The notes below the pieces were generated by a model. It was not told the DNA's origin. It saw nothing but the letters and a program-made list of their open reading frames with translations, and did not search any database. A stretch of 64,000 bases of DNA from contig JANXYC010000160.1 in the NCBI GenBank assembly GCA_025350305.1, positions 25,038 through 89,037 of the forward strand, in the 5' to 3' direction. This DNA comes from Cyclobacteriaceae bacterium (GTDB lineage: Bacteria > Bacteroidota > Bacteroidia > Cytophagales > Cyclobacteriaceae). This document shows positions 19,861 to 30,100 of the stretch, piece by piece; position 1 is the first letter of the stretch, and each line of letters opens with the position of its first letter. The translations under genes were made by a program, and so were the position numbers.

Positions 19861-20138
19861 TGGGTGGAACGCAAAGGCCGCAAAACTTTTTATTAATTCA
19901 CAATGATTTTCGCAGGATCAAAACTCCGGTCAAACTTGAGGCAGGACCTGTACCAGATACGAGCGATTTCAATGTGTCAAGATGAGAAGTAAGGCGATGA
20001 GGAGGAGAAGATGAGAATGTGAGAGGCGCACCCCATCAGTTAATTTCGGTGGGGCTGTCTACTCGATTGGCAACAGTTGGGTTCGTCCGTAATTATTCAA
20101 CCCGCACTATTTGCTCTCTGATTCAACGTTCAATTTGT

Positions 20139-21128
20139 TTAGGGTACCCTGCTTTTTGAAATTGTATCCACCCATGCTGTAATTGTTTCTGATACCTGTT
20201 CTTTCTCACCTTCATACATGTGGTCGGCATCTTTGATTAGCGAGGTAATAACTTTATTTTTAAGGTTGGGTTGTCTTTTAATACTTGATTTAAGTGCTTC
20301 CAATTCTGCTTCATTGCCTACATCACCATCTGTTCCAAAAAACGCCAAGATAGGACATTCGATTTTTGTGATGGCTGAATTTGAAGAATTGAAACCAAAA
20401 AAGTCCTTTAATTCCGGAGGAGCGTTCACAATATCCATGTAAGTAGCTGCGCTTATAAAGGATGGAAAAGAGCGCTTAAGGTCTTTGATGAGATCTTCGC
20501 TGTCACCATCGGCCATGATCCGCACTGCTTGGACAAGTTGTGCGGAGTCAACTTCTCTTGTATCAGGATAGAGTGAACCAGATGCTGATATCAGACCAAT
20601 TACCCGCGTGTCTTGTTTTTCGGTCTGATACCTCCGAACGGCTGCCCAACCCGCACTATGACCCACTAATATTACTTGCTTAAATCCTTGTGATTCGGCA
20701 AAGTCAATCCATGCTGCGAGGTCATGCACTTCATCACTGGCGATACCCCAGTAACCTCCGCCTCTGATACGCTTGCCCCGTTTATAACCTTCAATAGTCC
20801 CCAGATCGTGCATCCTCGTATTGCCAACAATACATGTGAATCCACGGGATGCTACGGCACGCCCAATTGTAATATAGGTGGGTGAGTAAAAATTTACTCC
20901 CCATCCATGAATCCAAATAATGGCAATCGGCTTAAAATCATTTTTCTTTGGAGAGAACACAACACCCCCATTCACAATATCATCATCTGATCGAACGAAA
21001 ACTATTTGCTCAGGCAGGCTCGCATTTGATACTATTGGTTTTCTTTTCTCTATCTTCCAGTATATGATAATACCAAGGGAAGCGAAAATGAGTATCAAGA
21101 TAACGGCGTATGAAATTTTTCGTAACAT
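20139..21128 (-). CDS. membrane-anchored alpha/beta hydrolase (DUF1749-like)
   Basis: N-terminal TM, WIHGWG, GHSAG nucleophile elbow, C-terminal ADHMY; AT-rich. Confidence 0.75.
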   Translation of the reverse strand: MLRKISYAVILILIFASLGIIIYWKIEKRKPIVSNASLPEQIVFVRSDDDIVNGGVVFSPKKNDFKPIAIIWIHGWGVNFYSPTYITIGRAVASRGFTCIVGNTRMHDLGTIEGYKRGKRIRGGGYWGIASDEVHDLAAWIDFAESQGFKQVILVGHSAGWAAVRRYQTEKQDTRVIGLISASGSLYPDTREVDSAQLVQAVRIMADGDSEDLIKDLKRSFPSFISAATYMDIVNAPPELKDFFGFNSSNSAITKIECPILAFFGTDGDVGNEAELEALKSSIKRQPNLKNKVITSLIKDADHMYEGEKEQVSETITAWVDTISKSRVP

Positions 21129-21491
21129 AGGTTCAGCTATTAGGCTTATTTTAATTTGCTCAAAACAGGTGCCAAAATGAAATTATTGCAAAACGATGGC
21201 TATGGCAAACTTATGATTTCATCTGTGGACTGGTGCGAACACTTTTTTGGACGAAAATGAACACATTATCTCAAATAGTGTTTAACTCCATATTTTTAAA
21301 CAAGTCCCTTATTTTTTATGAATTAAGGTGCTGTATTTTGTACCAGTGTAAAGCCCAAATTTGTCAGCGGCCACTCGTCCCCGCGGAGAATTTGTGTTAG
21401 GAAGGTATCACTCGTTAGGTCACTTTTGTCGAGCCACATTGGGCATAACTTTTACCTACGAACACCACCTATACAACCAATATATAACAAG

Positions 21492-22256
21492 CTACTTCCC
21501 CGCTTCCACACTCTGGTTCCAGTCATACACCCTGTCACTGATTTCGGTTAGTAAATCAGGATTCTTTTCAAGGGAGTTGCCAATGACAATCATGTCGGCG
21601 CCGGCTTCGAGCGCGCTAAGGGCTTTTTGTGGAGAAGTGATTCCGCCGCCTACAATCATGGGAGCATTGATAGATTTGCGCACAGCAGAAATCATGCGCG
21701 GACTGATCTCGCGCTCGGCCCCGCTGCCGGCGTCCAGATAAATGAGTTGAAGGCCCAGCATCTCGCCCGCCATAGCCGTACAGGCAGCCAGGGAGTATTT
21801 GTCTTCCGGGATAGGAGTCGTGTTGCTGATGTAGGCCACGGAAGTGGTGCGGCCCGAACTGATGAGCATGTAGCCGGTGGGCAGCACTTCCATGCGATTG
21901 TTTTTCAAAATGGGAGCTGCCTGCACGTGCTGCCCAATGAGCAGGTCGGGGTTGCGGCCTGAGATCAGCGATAAAAACAAGATCGCATCGGCTGAAGGAT
22001 CAATTTGTAAGGAACTGCCTGGAAAAAGAATAACCGGGATGTTCACATCTTCTTTGATGCTTTGAATGACTTCGGAAAGATTGGGAGTGGTGATCAGGCT
22101 GCCGCCAACAAAAAAGAAGTCGATGCAATTCTCGCTCGACAGGTGGATGAGATGTTTGAGTTTTACAGGATCATCGGCCTTATCGGGATCGATGAGTACG
22201 GCAATGGATTTCTTGCCAAGACGATGGCGCTGCTGAAGTGTTTCAAGAATTTTCAT
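21492..22256 (-). CDS. pcrB: geranylgeranylglyceryl/heptaprenylglyceryl phosphate synthase
   Basis: AVLIDPDK, FVGGS, LFLSLISGRNP, YLDAGSGA, IVGGGI. Confidence 0.92.
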   Translation of the reverse strand: MKILETLQQRHRLGKKSIAVLIDPDKADDPVKLKHLIHLSSENCIDFFFVGGSLITTPNLSEVIQSIKEDVNIPVILFPGSSLQIDPSADAILFLSLISGRNPDLLIGQHVQAAPILKNNRMEVLPTGYMLISSGRTTSVAYISNTTPIPEDKYSLAACTAMAGEMLGLQLIYLDAGSGAEREISPRMISAVRKSINAPMIVGGGITSPQKALSALEAGADMIVIGNSLEKNPDLLTEISDRVYDWNQSVEAGK

Positions 22257-22666
22257 TTGCTCATTTCATTGCCCTTTTTTCTTGATTCCAAATACTCAAA
22301 AAGTTTTTCTTTGGCAATGTCGAGCAACAGCACCGTGGCATGGTTGAGCACCTTCGTGCCGATCTGACCGATCAAGGAAGGGGTTTCAATTTCTTCCAGG
22401 CTCTCTTCAATCCCGTCCGTGCCTTCCGCTGTTTCAGCTTTTGCGGCTTTATTTTCTTTCTTCTTCCTCTTCTTTTTCCCTCCTGAAAATGAACTGATTA
22501 CAAAGTAGGTGAGGGCCAATGAGCCACCGATAATCAATGCGTTGGTGAGAACACGCTCCGTTTTCTCTGTCAATTCATTGACCTCTTTCTCCAGGGCTCG
22601 TTTGTGCCGGTCGGAAGTTTCGATGAGTTTTTTCTTTTCCGGGTCCTGACTTTCCAAAAGTTCCAT
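22253..22666 (-). CDS. hypothetical protein (coiled coil plus one TM)
   Basis: Overlaps the GGGP synthase start (ATGA) and follows the holin-like gene. Confidence 0.7.
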   Translation of the reverse strand: MELLESQDPEKKKLIETSDRHKRALEKEVNELTEKTERVLTNALIIGGSLALTYFVISSFSGGKKKRKKKENKAAKAETAEGTDGIEESLEEIETPSLIGQIGTKVLNHATVLLLDIAKEKLFEYLESRKKGNEMSK

Positions 22667-22669
22667 GCG

Positions 22670-23047
22670 TTACTTGGCTTTTCGTTTGATCAATTGAGAA
22701 AACTGCTGCTCGAAATACTGAAATATATTCTTCCTGAATACCAGCAATAGCAAAAAAGTGATGCCATAGATCCCGGCCACCACCCAGTAACCGCCGTAGG
22801 CAGCTTCAAAATAAATGTTGAGAAAGTGTGCGAGGCCCACGCTGAAAAAGATCAAGAAGAGAAACCCCATTAAAAATAGCACCACGGTTACCATGCCACG
22901 GGCTATTGTTTTCGCCACGTCTTCGCGAATCTCCGCTTTCATGAGTTCAACCCGCGTCTCAACATAACCGGTAAGGTGTTGGACAATATTGTCTAACCGC
23001 AGGAATTTAAGGATGGTCTCCGAGATCTTCTCCATAGCTAATGGCAA
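22670..23047 (-). CDS. phage holin superfamily III-like membrane protein (chromosomal)
   Basis: LTGYVETRVELMKAEIRE amphipathic N-terminus plus two TM helices. Confidence 0.7.
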   Translation of the reverse strand: MPLAMEKISETILKFLRLDNIVQHLTGYVETRVELMKAEIREDVAKTIARGMVTVVLFLMGFLFLIFFSVGLAHFLNIYFEAAYGGYWVVAGIYGITFLLLLVFRKNIFQYFEQQFSQLIKRKAK

Positions 23048-23262
23048 TATAAGGATTTTAGAGTTTTGGGGGGCAAATTAAAAGAATGAAATGCTTTACC
23101 GGACAAGTCGTCCCGCGCAGCGGGACATGGCGCGTTCCTGTATCCCGAACTAGTCGCACGATCGCTTTTCATAGTTGCGTCTGCACTTTGATTTCCAAAT
23201 GGTACCGGTATCCGGGGCGGAACCGAAAAGCATTTCATAGGGAAAATGGTAATCCAACAGAT

Positions 23263-24864
23263 TTATTTATTTACCACCCTGGACAAGACCTCACTGGTGG
23301 TCAGGTTCCCCAGTGCATCCCGTTTTTCTTTTTTTACCAGGAGGTTAGCCGTTGCGCTGATGTAATATAGCGTGACATCGGAATGAAGATCTTCGTGCCT
23401 TTTTTCAAAAACAAAAACGGAGTCAAACGAAAGCTCCGCGCCCATTGACAACCGCGGTAATATTTCACGAATACACATCTTAAATTTTCCTTTCCCGTCT
23501 TCTCCATCACGGCAAAAGCCGGGTTTGTTCATTTCAAAGAGTTCATTGTTGATGATGAGTAAATTGTTTCTCTTGTACACCGAGTAAATCTGCGCGGGCT
23601 CGCTATTTTTTTCTCCTTTATTCACAATCCAACTACTGTTTTCAAACGTCTTGACAATCACGGTGAAAAAGGACCTTTGATTGTTTTCGATTTGTTGGTA
23701 GGTGAGTTCCGTTACGGTAACCGCATCGCGATTGAAGTAGATGAGGGAAAAAGGAATGAAGAAAAACATGAGCAACAGGTAGAGCAGCCCAGCCAACCGG
23801 TATTTCAAGGTAAGCCGGCCCAGCCCGTTGGCAAGTTTTATTGGAATCTCTTTCACCCAGGGGATAGGAAAAAAGATGAGCACTCCGAAGAAATTAAAAA
23901 GAAAATGAGCGATGGCGATGCTGATGGCGATGTTTGAGTTGACCATGGCCGCCAGGAATGCGCTGATGGTTGTGCCGATGTTGGCGCCCAGGATAAACGG
24001 AACCGCGCTGCGGAGCTTCACTATTTTTTTTGCAACCAGTGGTACGACTAGAGAAGTTGTAACTGAACTCGATCGAATAGCGGCCGTAGTGAGTACACCC
24101 CATGCGAAAGACTTCAGTGAACTTCGAAAAAAGAACCGCTGAAAACGTTCCGGTGAGCCGAAGCCAAGTAAATTGGTGAGCACCTTTCGAAAAAAAAGAA
24201 TGGAGCCGAACAACAGCGCCAGGGATAAAATAATCAGCACAAAACCATTACCGATCGTTGTTGCCAACCAGTCCGTAATTTCACTGAAGCTGCCACCCAA
24301 CAGGGAAAAATTTCCTTGCATCGGTCCGACCGGTTGATTGAAAAAGGTAGTGGCGATGTATTGCGACAGGCGCGAAAGAAATTGGAAATAATATTCCAAC
24401 GGAAAAAGTATGATAACAGTAAGAATATTGAAGAAGTCATGATAGGTACCGGCCGCCACAGCTCTTCGAAATTCTTTTTTCTTTGGCAGGAACCCCAATG
24501 ATACGATGGTGCTGGTGATGGTAGTGCCCACGTTGGCACCCATGATGATGGGAACCGCGCTCTCCAATGTGAGTGAGCCGGAAGCAACAAGCGCAACCGT
24601 CATGGACGTTGTTGCCGTGCTGCTTTGAATGATGGCAGTAATGAGCAAGCCAATGAACAATGCTGTGAACGGATTTGAAGTAGCGAGTATGATTGTTTCT
24701 GCGGCGGTCCGGCCAAGATGCTGTAGCGACGACAGCATTAACTCCAGGGCAAAAAGAAAAATTACAAGGGCCGCCAGAATGTACGCCGTGTTGCGCAGGA
24801 AAATTTTCCAGCGGAAGGGTTTGGGAGCAGAAGCCGTGGGCTGAATGGGTAGCTCGTTCTTCAT
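23263..24864 (-). CDS. Na+/phosphate cotransporter family protein
   Basis: IIQSSTATTS, IMGANVGTTIT, second repeat ILGANIGTTIS. Confidence 0.9.
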   Translation of the reverse strand: MKNELPIQPTASAPKPFRWKIFLRNTAYILAALVIFLFALELMLSSLQHLGRTAAETIILATSNPFTALFIGLLITAIIQSSTATTSMTVALVASGSLTLESAVPIIMGANVGTTITSTIVSLGFLPKKKEFRRAVAAGTYHDFFNILTVIILFPLEYYFQFLSRLSQYIATTFFNQPVGPMQGNFSLLGGSFSEITDWLATTIGNGFVLIILSLALLFGSILFFRKVLTNLLGFGSPERFQRFFFRSSLKSFAWGVLTTAAIRSSSVTTSLVVPLVAKKIVKLRSAVPFILGANIGTTISAFLAAMVNSNIAISIAIAHFLFNFFGVLIFFPIPWVKEIPIKLANGLGRLTLKYRLAGLLYLLLMFFFIPFSLIYFNRDAVTVTELTYQQIENNQRSFFTVIVKTFENSSWIVNKGEKNSEPAQIYSVYKRNNLLIINNELFEMNKPGFCRDGEDGKGKFKMCIREILPRLSMGAELSFDSVFVFEKRHEDLHSDVTLYYISATANLLVKKEKRDALGNLTTSEVLSRVVNK

Positions 24865-24960
24865 CTTGCTTTGTAAAGATAGAAACCCACCCGTAAGAAG
24901 AAAGATGTTAACAGAGACTTAATTTAGCATTCGTAAGAATGGCGGCTGCATTTCATTAAC

Positions 24961-25377
24961 CCTTAAACATTTCGCTCCTACGGAGCGATGTAGGTTCCTC
25001 GATTTCATTTTCTACAAATATGAAGTTCCTACGGAACTAAATTCCCCGGCGCGGGTTACATTGTTGCTAAGACCCGATGCCCCAGAGGGGCTAGCTGTTT
25101 AGGTTCGACGATTTCATTTTCTACAAATATGAAGTTCCCTGCGGAACTAAATTCCCCGGTGCGGATTACATTGTTGTTAAGACCTGATGCCCCAGAGGGG
25201 CTAGCTGTTTAGGTTCGACGATTTCATTTTCTACAAAAATGAAGTTCCTGTGGAACTAAATTCCCCGGTGCGGATTACATTGTTGTTAAGACCCGATGCC
25301 CCAGAGGGGCTATCTGTTTGTAGAAAGAATATCCAAACCCGGAACATCGTCCCGTAGGGACGAAATATTTCCACATC
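24961..25377. repeat. BIME-like mosaic: three 109-110-bp tandem units of alternating-orientation REPs plus terminal REPs
   Basis: Units start at 25001, 25110 and 25220 (gatttcattttctacaaa); each holds a gaagttcc..ggaact hairpin and an inverted gccccagaggggc hairpin. Confidence 0.92.
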
Positions 25378-25420
25378 AATTTTAAAGCATCGTGAATGGT
25401 CAGTCAAGAAAGAATATTAT

Positions 25421-26614
25421 TTATTTAATCCCCAATTCCCGAAGCGCCATCCAGGCCATGAGGCCGGGACCGATAGTCAGCGCGTCCTCGTCAATGTTAA
25501 AAGTAGGAGTGTGCACGTAGGACGTTATACCTTTGGCTTCACTTCGGGTTCCAAGCCTGTAGAATGAGGCGGGTATCACATGGGAGTAGTAAGCAAAATC
25601 TTCAGAGCCCAGTGTGAGGTCAATGTCCACGACATTTTCTTTACCTACATACTCCTCCGCTGCGCTCCGGATGCTTCGTGTAAGCGCTGGATTATTTTCA
25701 AGATAAGGATAGCCGTGGGAGATTTCCACCTCACAGCGCCCGCCCATACCTTCGGCAATGCTTTCGGCCATCTTCTTGATTTTAATCAATGCCTCCTTGC
25801 GCCAAACTTCATTCAACGCGCGGAAAGTCCCGGCAATTTTTACCTCGTTTGGTATAATATTGGTGGCGCCTTCGCCGATAATTTTTCCAAATGATAATAC
25901 GGTTGGTTCCTTGGGGCTTGCATTCCGGCTGATTACTTGTTGAAGGGCAATAATAATATGTGAAGCTATTAGCACCGGATCGATGGTCAGGTCCGGCGTG
26001 GCTGCGTGTCCACCCTTGCCGATAACGGTTAGGTAAATCTCATCCGAACTTGCCATGTATATGCCTTCGCGAAAGCCGATAGTTCCCATCGGCAGTAACG
26101 GCATCACATGCTGCCCGATGATGGAGACAGGCCTTGGATTTTCCAGCACACCGTCGCGTATCATGTAAGAGGCACCGCCTGGATTTTTTTCTTCGCCGGG
26201 CTGGAAGATAAATTTTACCGTTCCTTCAAACTGGTTTTTCAGTGCATGCAAAATTTTTGCCGTGCCCAGCAGCGAAGCCGTGTGTACATCATGACCGCAC
26301 GCATGCATGACCCCGGTATTTTTTGATTTATACTCGACGGTGTTGGCCTCGGTAATGGGGAGAGCATCCATGTCTGCACGGAGGGCAATGACTTTTTTGG
26401 AGGGATTTTTTCCTTCTACCAGCACCACAACACCGGTCTCAGCAACACCCTCCGCGGGTGCCAACCCAATCTCGCGAAGTGTTTTCGCGACAAATTTTGA
26501 GGTGTTAAATTCTTTATAGGAAAGCTCAGGATTTGCGTGCAGATGCCGGCGCCACTTTACCACTTCGGGCGCACGGGATATCGATTGCTGTTGTACCGAT
26601 TGGAGCAAAGTCAT
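25421..26614 (-). CDS. M20D family amidohydrolase
   Basis: HLHANPELS, ALRADMDALP, MHACGHDVH, FQPGEE, GSEDFAYY. Confidence 0.93.
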   Translation of the reverse strand: MTLLQSVQQQSISRAPEVVKWRRHLHANPELSYKEFNTSKFVAKTLREIGLAPAEGVAETGVVVLVEGKNPSKKVIALRADMDALPITEANTVEYKSKNTGVMHACGHDVHTASLLGTAKILHALKNQFEGTVKFIFQPGEEKNPGGASYMIRDGVLENPRPVSIIGQHVMPLLPMGTIGFREGIYMASSDEIYLTVIGKGGHAATPDLTIDPVLIASHIIIALQQVISRNASPKEPTVLSFGKIIGEGATNIIPNEVKIAGTFRALNEVWRKEALIKIKKMAESIAEGMGGRCEVEISHGYPYLENNPALTRSIRSAAEEYVGKENVVDIDLTLGSEDFAYYSHVIPASFYRLGTRSEAKGITSYVHTPTFNIDEDALTIGPGLMAWMALRELGIK

Positions 26615-27162
26615 TAGCGTACGATAATTTTCTCGGGTATCAGAATAGCGTTTGGGAAAGGTCTTTTCAGGCGGATGAGGTCCCGCTGGGCCTCCAGTCG
26701 CGAAAAATAGCTACCGACGCGCACACGGAATTTTGGTTGATTGTATTCCAATTCAGCCGTGAGGTCGGAAACATCGGTCATGATCTTCTTTTTGGCATTC
26801 ATCGCTTCTTCACGTTTCTGACCCGAATAAATCTGGATCGTGTACCCATCAATAAATTTGCGGGTAATATTAAACCGGTTGATGGAATCAAGCACGTCAT
26901 CCACCTTTTGATTAACTGTTAATGTAGGATGCACATCACCCTTCTTCCGGCTTTGATTTGGAGTCTCGATTACAATGGTGTCCTGAAATTTGGGACGAAG
27001 TGAATAGAGGTCTTCGTGGTAATAAGGTTTGCCGGTGTTTTTCTGGGCAGCACATCCGGACGCAAAGACAATGAAAATTACGAATGACGAGTGACGAATG
27101 ACGAATCGTAGGAATATCTTTCTATTTAGTGAATTCGTCACTCGTAATTTGTAATTCGTCAT
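26614..27162 (-). CDS. SPOR domain lipoprotein
   Basis: Lipobox ASGC; GYTIQIYSG and PKFRVRVGSYFSRLEA SPOR motifs. Confidence 0.85.
   Translation of the reverse strand: MTNYKLRVTNSLNRKIFLRFVIRHSSFVIFIVFASGCAAQKNTGKPYYHEDLYSLRPKFQDTIVIETPNQSRKKGDVHPTLTVNQKVDDVLDSINRFNITRKFIDGYTIQIYSGQKREEAMNAKKKIMTDVSDLTAELEYNQPKFRVRVGSYFSRLEAQRDLIRLKRPFPNAILIPEKIIVR
27077..27162. repeat. inverted arrays of TGACGAA-type heptamers in the SPOR 5' end
   Basis: aattacgaatgacgagtgacgaatgacgaatc versus gaattcgtcactcgtaatttgtaattcgtcat. Confidence 0.7.
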
Positions 27163-27169
27163 TTGATTT

Positions 27170-30100
27170 CTATTGTTCGATCACAATGCAACGACCGTTC
27201 TTGATATCATCCTCCACCTTCTTGTACTTCACATCTTTCAATACGCGTCCATCCGGATATTGAACCGTCACCTTATCATTGCGGCCAGCCACTTTTTCTG
27301 ATTTCACGGGCATTACCTTTTGCTCCACCTGGTTTTGCTGAGCAGGTTCATTGCCTCCCCCCTGTAACAAGGAGCGGGACTCATCTTTCTGCTCACTAAA
27401 CCGTTGCCGTTTATTTGTACGTGCCTCCAGTAAACGTTCGGGCTCCTGTGTAGGTATCTCGGCTTTCATCAAAAAGGATATCGTCTCCTCATTCACACGG
27501 CCGATAAAACGCTTAAACGCTTCAAATCCCTCAAACTTATAAATCAAAAGCGGATCTTTTTGCTCGTACACCGCGTTCTGAACACTTTGTTTCAGGTCAT
27601 CCATGTCCCGCAGGTGCTCTTTCCATTGCTGGTCAATGATGGCCAATGTTATCATTTTTTCCATCGATCGCACCAGTTCTGAATTGTTGGTCTCCATACA
27701 TTTCTTCAAGGGCGCGGCCACGCCGATCTGCTTCGAGCCATCACTAAACGGGACGAGTATATTTTCAATCGTAGCGCCTCTTGTTTTGTAAATATCCTGT
27801 ATCACCGGCATGGCTTTTTGAGCGACCATTTTGTTTTTGGTCTCATAATTATTCAGCGCTTCGGCGTAGAGTTTTTCGGTTAACTGATTCTGGTCAAGTT
27901 TCGCGAACTCCTCCTGTGTGAGGGAGAAATCAAGACCCAGCATACTCAATAAATTTACTTTGAAATTTTCGAAACTATCGCCTGCCTTGGCGTTGGCCAC
28001 CATATCATCACAGGTATCGTAGAGCATGTTGAGAATGTCTAACTGAAGGCGCTCACCAAACAAGGCATTGCGTCTGCGTTTGTAAATAACCTCGCGTTGC
28101 GAATTCATGACGTTGTCATATTCCAACAGTCGCTTCCGGATGCCGAAGTTATTTTCTTCAACTTTTTTCTGTGCGCGTTCGATGGAATTCGTGACCATCG
28201 AATGTGAGATCACCTCGCCTTCTTTCAATCCAAGCCGGTCCATGATCCTGGCAATGCGCTCTGGCATGAACAGACGCATGAGACTGTCTTCGAGGGCAAC
28301 ATAAAATTTCGAAGTTCCCGGGTCACCTTGGCGGCCAGCACGTCCACGCAACTGCCGGTCCACCCTTCTTGATTCATGCCGCTCGGTACCAATGATTGCC
28401 AGTCCGCCGGAGGCGCGCGATTCAGGAGTAAGTTTAATATCCGTACCGCGGCCAGCCATGTTGGTCGCAATGGTTACCGTACTGGGTTTCCCCGCTTCCG
28501 CCACAATCTCCGCTTCACGTTGATGCTGCTTGGCGTTCAATACGTTATGCTTGATCTTGCGCAATTGCAGCATGCGACTCAGCAATTCGGAAATTTCCAC
28601 GGAAGTGGTACCCACCAGTACCGGTCTTCCTTCTTTGGTAAGGGTAATTATTTCTTCCACCACCGCGTTGAATTTCTCGCGCATGGTTTTGTGCACGAGA
28701 TCATCCATGTCATTGCGGGTAACGGGTTTATTGGTAGGGATGACCACTACATCCAGTTTATAAATATCCCAGAATTCTCCAGCTTCAGTTTCGGCTGTTC
28801 CGGTCATACCTGCCAGCTTGTGATACATGCGGAAGTAATTCTGAAGGGTAATGGTGGCATAGGTCTGTGTGGCATCTTCGACTTTAACATTTTCCTTTGC
28901 TTCAATAGCCTGGTGCAGACCATCCGAATAACGCCTGCCATCCAGCACGCGGCCTGTTTGCTCATCGACAATTTTTACTTTGCCATCCACAATGATGTAT
29001 TCCGTGTCTTTCTCAAAAAGGGTATACGCCTTGAGTAATTGATTGATGCTATGAATGCGCTGGGATTTCGTCGAGTAATCCCGGATGAGTTCTTCCTTTT
29101 TCTGAAAGCGTACTTCCGGATCGAGGCCTGCTTCTTTTTCAATTTTCGTAAGCTCCATTCCAATCTCCGGAAGGATGAACAACTTCGGATCTTCTCCTTC
29201 GCCGGTGATCAGGTCAATGCCTTTATCGGTCAGCTCTACGCTGTTATCTTTCTCATCGATGATAAAATAAAGAGGCTCATCTGCCTTTGGCATTTCTTTT
29301 TTGTTGTCCTGAAGGTGGTAGTTTTCCGTTTTCTGCAGCACATGTTTGTTACCGGTTTCACTGAGATACTTGATCAGTGGTTTAAACTTCGGCATGCCGC
29401 GAAAAGCGCGGAACAGGGAAAGGCCGCCTTCTTTTTCATCGCCTTCGTTAATTAATTTTCGCGCCTCGTTCAAATAATGGGTCACGAGTTTTTTTTGTGC
29501 CTCCACCACTTTGAAAATGCGTGGCTTCAGATCATAAAATTCATGTTCGTCACCACGTGGCACCGGGCCGGAAATAATAAGGGGTGTACGTGCTTCATCG
29601 ATTAACACACTATCTACTTCATCGACCATGGCATAATGATGGCCGCGCTGCACAAGTTCTTCCGGCTCGCGCGCCATGTTGTCCCGCAGGTAATCGAAAC
29701 CAAACTCGTTATTCGTTCCATACGTGATGTCTGCCTGATAGGCATTGCGGCGGGCAATTGAGTTGGGCTCATGTCTATCAATGCAATCAATGGTCAAGCC
29801 ATGAAATTGGAAGAGCGGACCCATCCATTCGCTGTCGCGGGTCGCCAGGTAATTGTTTACTGTTACAATGTGAACACCGCGCTTGGCCAGGGCATTCAGA
29901 AAAGCAGGGAAAGTAGCAACGAGCGTTTTCCCTTCGCCGGTGGCCATCTCGGCAATTTTTCCTTCATGTAACACAATGCCACCAATGATTTGTACATCGT
30001 AGTGCACCATGTCCCAGGTAATCATGTTGCCGGCGGCCATCCACTGGTTGTGCCAGCGCGCCTTGTTGCCCTCAATTTTTATATGATCGTATTTGGCGGC

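Noticed and set aside
20020-20130. Lysine riboswitch or integron attC site
   Set aside because: Only gagaggcgc and one RYYYAAC match; no full aptamer architecture and no paired GTTRRRY.
22670-23047. Prophage lysis gene
   Set aside because: Holin-like family member in a housekeeping operon with no endolysin or other phage genes.
25001-25325. CRISPR array
   Set aside because: Whole units are near-identical with no unique spacers, the period is 110 bp, and no cas genes are present.
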